Of a stretch of DNA of 38,462 nt, positions 36,723-38,462 are shown piece after piece. The stretch is from assembly GCA_043818275.1 (NCBI GenBank), contig JBDRFY010000075.1:1-38462 (forward strand). The letters run 5' to 3'. This DNA is from a bacterium (GTDB lineage: Bacteria; Babelota; Babeliae; Babelales; JAUWHS01). A program made the translations under genes and the position numbers. Under the pieces are notes generated by a model. The model was not told the origin of the DNA and did no database searches. It saw only the letters and a list, made by a program, of their open reading frames with translations. How positions within the stretch are numbered: the stretch's first letter is position 1; every line of letters begins with the position of its first letter.

Positions 36723-38462
36723 ATGAGAAAGCTTTTTAAAAAATTAATTTTATCATTTTTATTTTCATTTCTATTTTCAACTCAATCAATTCCCATACCT
36801 CCAAAAGCTACAAATCATGGATTATCTGAAGTACAAGCTAAAGTAATTAATGACTTTTTTGAAGTAGTAAAAAAAACAGAAGAAGATCGTTTTGCTCAAA
36901 TACAGGAAGCTGTAAGAAATGAAAGAATAAATAATACACCACTTCATGATGCGATATTGGAGCACAACTTAGAAGAAATAAAAATTTTATTAGATAGTCA
37001 ACCTCAACAGTTAGCAATGCAAAATGAAAATGGAAACACACCATTGCTTTTAGCGGTTGCCACGGTTGTGGAAGAAGATATTGAAGACATAGAAGAAAAA
37101 CAAAGAATAATCGATGAAATAATAAATAGATTAATTGAAAAAATAGAACAACAGGAAAATGCTGAAGCTATATTTAACACACAAAATATATTTGGTTTAT
37201 CAATATTACACGTAGCAGCAGGTACGAATAAAAAAGAGACTGTAGAAAAATTAATCAATACAAATAAAGTTTTTGAAAATATACAGGATGACACTGGAGC
37301 CACACCACTCCATGTAGCCTCAAAGTTCGGTTTAACAGAAATTGTCAAACTTTTGGCTAATCCTGGAAATATATTTTTCATCGATGACAATGGAAATACA
37401 GCTCTTCACGAAGCAGCAAAATCCGGAAATAGTGAAACAGTTGTCGCTATTTTAAATCAAACAGATAATCCCAATAATGATAAAAACATTCTTTATATAA
37501 AAAACAACTTTGGTAAAATTCCAATTCAATGTTGTAAAAGTATACATGCCAATTCTTACAAAATTTTAGAGACTATTCAATTTCAAATATTTCAGGATCT
37601 GTATAAATCATTAAAAAATGATTCTATTGATAATTTCATATTAAAAATAAAAGGAATGCAAAGGAATGAAGATATAACAAACATAGTAGATATAGGCTAC
37701 CTTAATACAATTTTGCATATCGCAGCAAAACAAGGTTTTTTTGAAAAGGCTGAAGCTATGCTTGAAAACTTTAAAATAGATGTCAATGCCAAAAATATAA
37801 GAATGGAAACACCTCTGCATATCGCTCTTATAAATATAGGAAATGACGCATTAAAAACGGTAAATCTTTTAATCAGTCATGGAGCGGATATAAATGCTAT
37901 GAATATAGATGGTAGGGACATATTACATTTAGCTATAACCGTAGCAAGAGATGATGTGATTGATTTTTTATTGCAACAAAACAAAGTAAACGTAAATCAT
38001 ATAGATAACAATGATGTCAGTACATTACAAGCTGCTGTAATGGGAAATAAAATTGGAATTATTAAAAAATTAATCGATCTGGGCGCTCAGGTTACACCAA
38101 ATGTTTTTAAGACAGCAGCTCAAAATCCTTTCTTAATAAAAATCTTAAAAAAAGCTCAACAACAAACAAAAAATGAAATAACTCATATAAATGAAGAAAC
38201 GGAAAAGGAACGCCTTGAAAATATAGAAAATTTAATTCAGGAGCTAGAAATAAAAAAGAATCCTCAAAAAAAACAAAAAAAGGATAAAAAAAAGATAAAA
38301 ACTAAAAAAAATAAAACTAAAAATAAAGAAGAAAACGAATTGTACAAGCAAATGGAAAAATTAAAATTAGAAGAAGAGCAAAAACAAATAGAACGAGAAA
38401 AAAAACAAAAAGAAAGAAAAATGCAACAACAAGAATTTAAACTTAAACAGCAACAGGAACAA
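36723..38462 (+). CDS. Secreted ankyrin-repeat protein (3' truncated by the window; absent from the ORF track)
   Basis: ATG 36723 after GGAGG; MRKLFKKLILSFLFSFLFST signal; in-frame NTPLHDA, GNTPLLLA, GATPLHVA, GNTALHEA, ETPLHIA; in frame and open wherever I spot-checked, through to the window end. Confidence 0.9.
   Translation, partial: MRKLFKKLILSFLFSFLFSTQSIPIPPKATNHGLSEVQAKVINDFFEVVKKTEEDRFAQIQEAVRNERINNTPLHDAILEHNLEEIKILLDSQPQQLAMQNENGNTPLLLAVATVVEEDIEDIEEKQRIIDEIINRLIEKIEQQENAEAIFNTQNIFGLSILHVAAGTNKKETVEKLINTNKVFENIQDDTGATPLHVASKFGLTEIVKLLANPGNIFFIDDNGNTALHEAAKSGNSETVVAILNQTDNPNNDKNILYIKNNFGKIPIQCCKSIHANSYKILETIQFQIFQDLYKSLKNDSIDNFILKIKGMQRNEDITNIVDIGYLNTILHIAAKQGFFEKAEAMLENFKIDVNAKNIRMETPLHIALINIGNDALKTVNLLISHGADINAMNIDGRDILHLAITVARDDVIDFLLQQNKVNVNHIDNNDVSTLQAAVMGNKIGIIKKLIDLGAQVTPNVFKTAAQNPFLIKILKKAQQQTKNEITHINEETEKERLENIENLIQELEIKKNPQKKQKKDKKKIKTKKNKTKNKEENELYKQMEKLKLEEEQKQIEREKKQKERKMQQQEFKLKQQQEQ

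Overview
Very AT-rich bacterial chromosomal window. The gene content most resembles Candidatus Dependentiae (TM6/Babelota), which are protist-associated; this assignment is an inference from the many signal-peptide coiled-coil and ankyrin proteins, a Chlamydia-like tgt-yhhQ pair, spoVG next to tRNA-Gln, and an alpha2-type GlyRS. Housekeeping genes: dnaA, rsmH, spoVG, tRNA-Gln(TTG), lpxA-Gfo/Idh/MocA-lpxI, murD-ftsW, a frameshift-split amidase, murB, tgt, yhhQ, glyQS, DedA, Trk/Ktr K+ uptake and rplU. The most striking unexplained signal is a REP-like palindromic repeat system. A small GIY-YIG (UPF0213-like) nuclease gene is bracketed by ~57-bp structured inverted repeats, and the same ends recur without the gene between murB and tgt. 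A ~30-nt covarying hairpin module is inserted four times at the same position inside host palindromes. Other points of interest are two +1 frameshifts at poly(A) tracts, a secreted protein with a WASP/RickA-like WH2-C-A tail, Chlamydia-type queuine salvage, and three related secreted helical proteins sharing a 19-bp-spacer promoter.
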